Source of the DNA: the human T2T-CHM13v2.0 reference genome, Homo sapiens
NCBI RefSeq assembly: GCF_009914755.1
Contig: NC_060927.1
Strand: one strand, 5' to 3'
Length of the DNA stretch: 64,000 nucleotides
The notes under the pieces: generated by a model
Told to the model about the DNA's origin: nothing
Database searches by the model: none
What the model saw: the letters and a program-made list of their open reading frames with translations, nothing else
Position numbers and translations under genes: made by a program
In this document: one piece after another, positions 60,690-64,000 of the stretch
Numbering within the stretch: the stretch's first letter is position 1
Layout of the letters: each line of letters opens with the position of its first letter

Positions 60690-62714
60690 AAAATTGGATG
60701 TGGAAAATAGTACTTCAATCTGACTATTACATGAGGCATTTCAATGTAATAATCAGGGTTGATATCAGTTGAAGAACTAGAGGAAATGAGTATAGACTAT
60801 TCTTTCAAAAGTCTTACTTGGAGAAGGAAATAGGTAAAACAGGATATACTATAAAAGATGTCTGTGTTTGTTTGTTAAATAAACAAGGCTGTTTGCATGC
60901 AGTGGAAAAATACTAAATAGAAAGGCATCATTTGAAGACATAAAAATAAGGGCTATGATGGAATGGCTTGGTTCCTGAGGAGATGGAAGGCATGAGAACT
61001 AGAATACAGGTGGCTATATGTGTGGCATTGGGCAAGAGTGAGGATGAAGGAAGTAAGAAAATAAGAGTGAGGAAGAGAGGAAAAGGGCCACAACTGATGT
61101 AAATTATAGAATCCCAAGCCAGAATATATAAACAAACATGGGAATGTGTTGACTCTCATAATTGGGTAGGTCAGGAATAGAACTGGTTCCATAGAGCTGG
61201 ATACAAAGGAGCCTAGTTATCACAATCGTGAAATCTGGTGGTGCTAGCTTAATTTTGTAGACAGGCTTTCTTTGTGTCATTAGTTTGATGGTCACTGTGA
61301 TGTCCGGATTCTACTTGCATTTTAGCCTCAAGGGAAAAGACTCTTCCACTCCCAGTGTTGGTATATCAACCCAGAGGAGTTCTGTGCATGACCTTCATTG
61401 GCCATGTGCCTGTCTCAGATCACAGACAGAGGAGAGGGTGAAAAACCATTATAGAGACCCCAGACAAGACCACAGGAAATGGAGATGAGATGGGAAAACA
61501 AGAAAAAACTGACAACAACAGGGAAAAAGAGCTATGAACTTATATGAACAATATGAACAATAAAGAAAAAAATTGGTATAATTTGAGAGAGGGCCTAAGT
61601 GTAAGAGAGTAAACACATAACCATCTTTATTTTTATTTTTATTTTTTTGTAGAGTTGTAAAGTAGAAAGAGAAGTTGTTAAAGTGCGAAGGATCAGAGTC
61701 AAGTTAGGGACTTGCAGACGATGATGATTTCCAACTGTCATTGAAGAGAACCAGAAAGAAAGCTGGCCTGAATATGTAAAGAGATGGACAATTTTGGGCA
61801 TATATTATTTAAGACAGTTGAAAAGATACTAGAGTTAGTTCAGACGGTTTGGAGTATATTCTAGTGCTGCTGCATTTTGCTTGTATGTGTTTAGGCAACA
61901 TCTCTTCTCTGGTCCTCTTTTTTTCCCCCCTTTTTTATTTGTACAAATGAAATGTGCAAAACATGTGATTCTCGGTGCTAGCCACAAACAAGGTATTGCA
62001 TTATGGAGTCATAGACTGAGAATCAGATGAAGGACATTAAAGTGATCTAGAAGACAAATGTATGACTTGCTTCCTGGAAAAGAAATGACGAATGGGTTTC
62101 TATTGAAATTGTCCAACTCTCACTGAATAGAAAACGTAAAATAAACCAAAACTCACTTTTCCTTCCCTAGTTTTAAAATATGTTAAAGATGAGCCTGCTA
62201 TATTGGTGATGGTTTGCACGTATGCACTCAGATTTGAATAAACCAGTGGAGAATATAAAAAGAGGAATAGATCCAAGATGTTACTCATGGGGTCTGGATA
62301 ATACTAAGACAGATTTATAGCAGTTACTTTCCTTATCTCATTACATAATTACCCAATCAAGGACATCAACAGGATTTAGTCTCATTAAATTGGTAGTAAA
62401 TGTAGTAAATTTTTTAATTAATCAATAGGAAATCTCTAGGTAATTCAACTAGGTGATAGCTTTAGCTTTTTAATTATTCCACTCAATTAGTCAATCACTT
62501 GTCTAGATCTCTAAGATCTTTGGGTAAATGTCACATGAATTTATTAAGTATAGGTTCTTTGAAACTATCTAGACTGTAGCCAAACTCCACATAGTTTAGT
62601 TAACTTTGCTCATCTCAGAAGAAGTAAAGTAAGATCAATTGGGTATGAATAATAAGTGCTTCATAAGCACAATGAGTGTACGTGTATGTGTGTCTACACA
62701 AACCCTTAAATTGC

Positions 62715-62905
62715 ATTTATCATGTGTCAGGTATTCTTCTAAATACTTCACATACATTAACTCATTTAATCTTCACAAATATGCCTTTAGATAGATATAA
62801 TTGTTATTATTAGACTAGTGGTATTCTGATTTTTCAGATAAGGAAATTGAGGCATAGAAAGCTGGCATTCAAATCAAGGCAGTTTGGTTCCAGAATCTGT
62901 GCCCC
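62715..62905 (-). mobile_element. MIR
   Basis: cattaactcatttaatcttcacaa...tttcagataaggaaattgaggcatagaa. Confidence 0.75.
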
Positions 62906-62979
62906 CAATAACACAATAGTTATGCCATAAATATATGCTATTTTAGAGAGATTATTTACACAGGGTTAAAGGTTTTTGT

Positions 62980-64000
62980 CAGAATTGACAGGATTTGGTA
63001 ATGTTTTATAACAACTAAACAAATATTTATTGTTCAATGTCTCCTATTTTAAAATAAAAATTATTTTCTGACTAATATAAAATTATCATGGAAAAGATTG
63101 AAAGGAAACTAAATATTACACATAAACTGCAATGCAGAACTAATAACGATTATTCATTTTGGTCTACTTCCTTCCATCCTTCTTATGAATATGTTAATTG
63201 ATTTTACAAAATTTGGATCAAGTATTAAATAAACTTGTATATTTTGTTTCTTTCACTTAACATTTGATTAGAATCATATTTCTTTACATAATCTTCAATA
63301 TGACTTTGTTCTTCATTTGTTTTGGATGTAATATTTTCATATGAATGTATCATATGCTAAATAAGTCTCCTATTTTGTTTACTTTGAAAATTCAAGTAAT
63401 TTATTATATCAGATAATATTATGGTCATTGTTAGGCATTTTGAACATTTTTTAAGGTAGCTGCTTAGATGTTGAAATTATTCAATTAAATCATATGGTTT
63501 TTAAGGCTTTTTAAAAAACAAACAAATTGCTCTCCAGGAATATTATTATTCCAGTTTGCATTCTTACCAGCAGAGTGTGACAGTATTCAATTCATCACAT
63601 ACTAATTAGCATGAATATTTTCATTTAAAAAAATCTTTGACACTTTGGTAAGTGACAAAATTATATTTCATTGGTGCTTTAATTTTTATTTCTTTGATAT
63701 TAAAATGACACATTTTATGTTTGTTATTCATTTGTGTTTCTTTTATGAATTGCTGAGGTCTTTTATCATTTATCTTTCTTGTTATTTACACATAGGCAAT
63801 TTGTTTTTCAAATCCCTCTCCACTCTCCCTACATTGACATTGATCATTCAGTTTTGTTTGTGGTAATATTTGATGATGTTCACTTGGGTGTAATCAAGTC
63901 AAGTGGTCCTCCATGTGTTATTTTTCATTTTGATAGCATATATGGAAATGCCTTTCTCATGTTTAGATTACAGTCATCTGTATACCTTTCTAGTGCTTGT
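62980..64000 (-). mobile_element. Ancient L1ME-type 3' region
   Basis: aaattgctctccag...ccagtttgcattcttaccagcagagtgtga...tttaatttttatttctttgat. Confidence 0.5.

Larger units (their letters stand above)
58300..61150 (-). mobile_element. L2 relic, host to AluJ, L1PA and AluS insertions
   Basis: Purine-rich L2 motifs (ttcaggggagagatctggactagaaa, gaggaaatgagtatagactattctttcaaaagt) continue across the insertions. Confidence 0.6.

Noticed and set aside
61716-61771. C-box-like ATGATGA with a downstream CTGA
   Set aside because: Too short for a typical C/D snoRNA, no terminal stem, and it lies next to CR1/L3-like relic sequence.

Overview
Mammalian, almost certainly human, genomic DNA: an intact AluYa5 carries all five diagnostic positions. 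The window is AT-rich and dominated by interspersed repeats, and it most likely lies in an intron of a + strand transcription unit. No host protein-coding exon can be supported; every ORF I could identify in the track is an L1, Tigger, MaLR or Alu remnant. Main elements: a full-length dead L1PA3-like LINE (27.8-34.0 kb, -), a full-length old L1MA-like LINE carrying a complete THE1D-like MaLR provirus (3.7-12.1 kb), two essentially full-length Tigger1 DNA transposons, about 10 Alus, several MaLR/ERV LTRs, hAT MITEs, MIR/L2 relics and one good candidate non-coding exon (16.78-16.85 kb, +). I found no new gene system. The most notable structures are (1) an L1 3' transduction of ~0.93 kb of foreign DNA, polyadenylated at a captured LTR poly(A) signal and inserted into a MER30, (2) two neighbouring Tigger1 copies that share many non-consensus changes but have unrelated flanks, and (3) several template-switch scars. 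Repeat family names come from my memory of consensus sequences and need RepeatMasker/Dfam confirmation.
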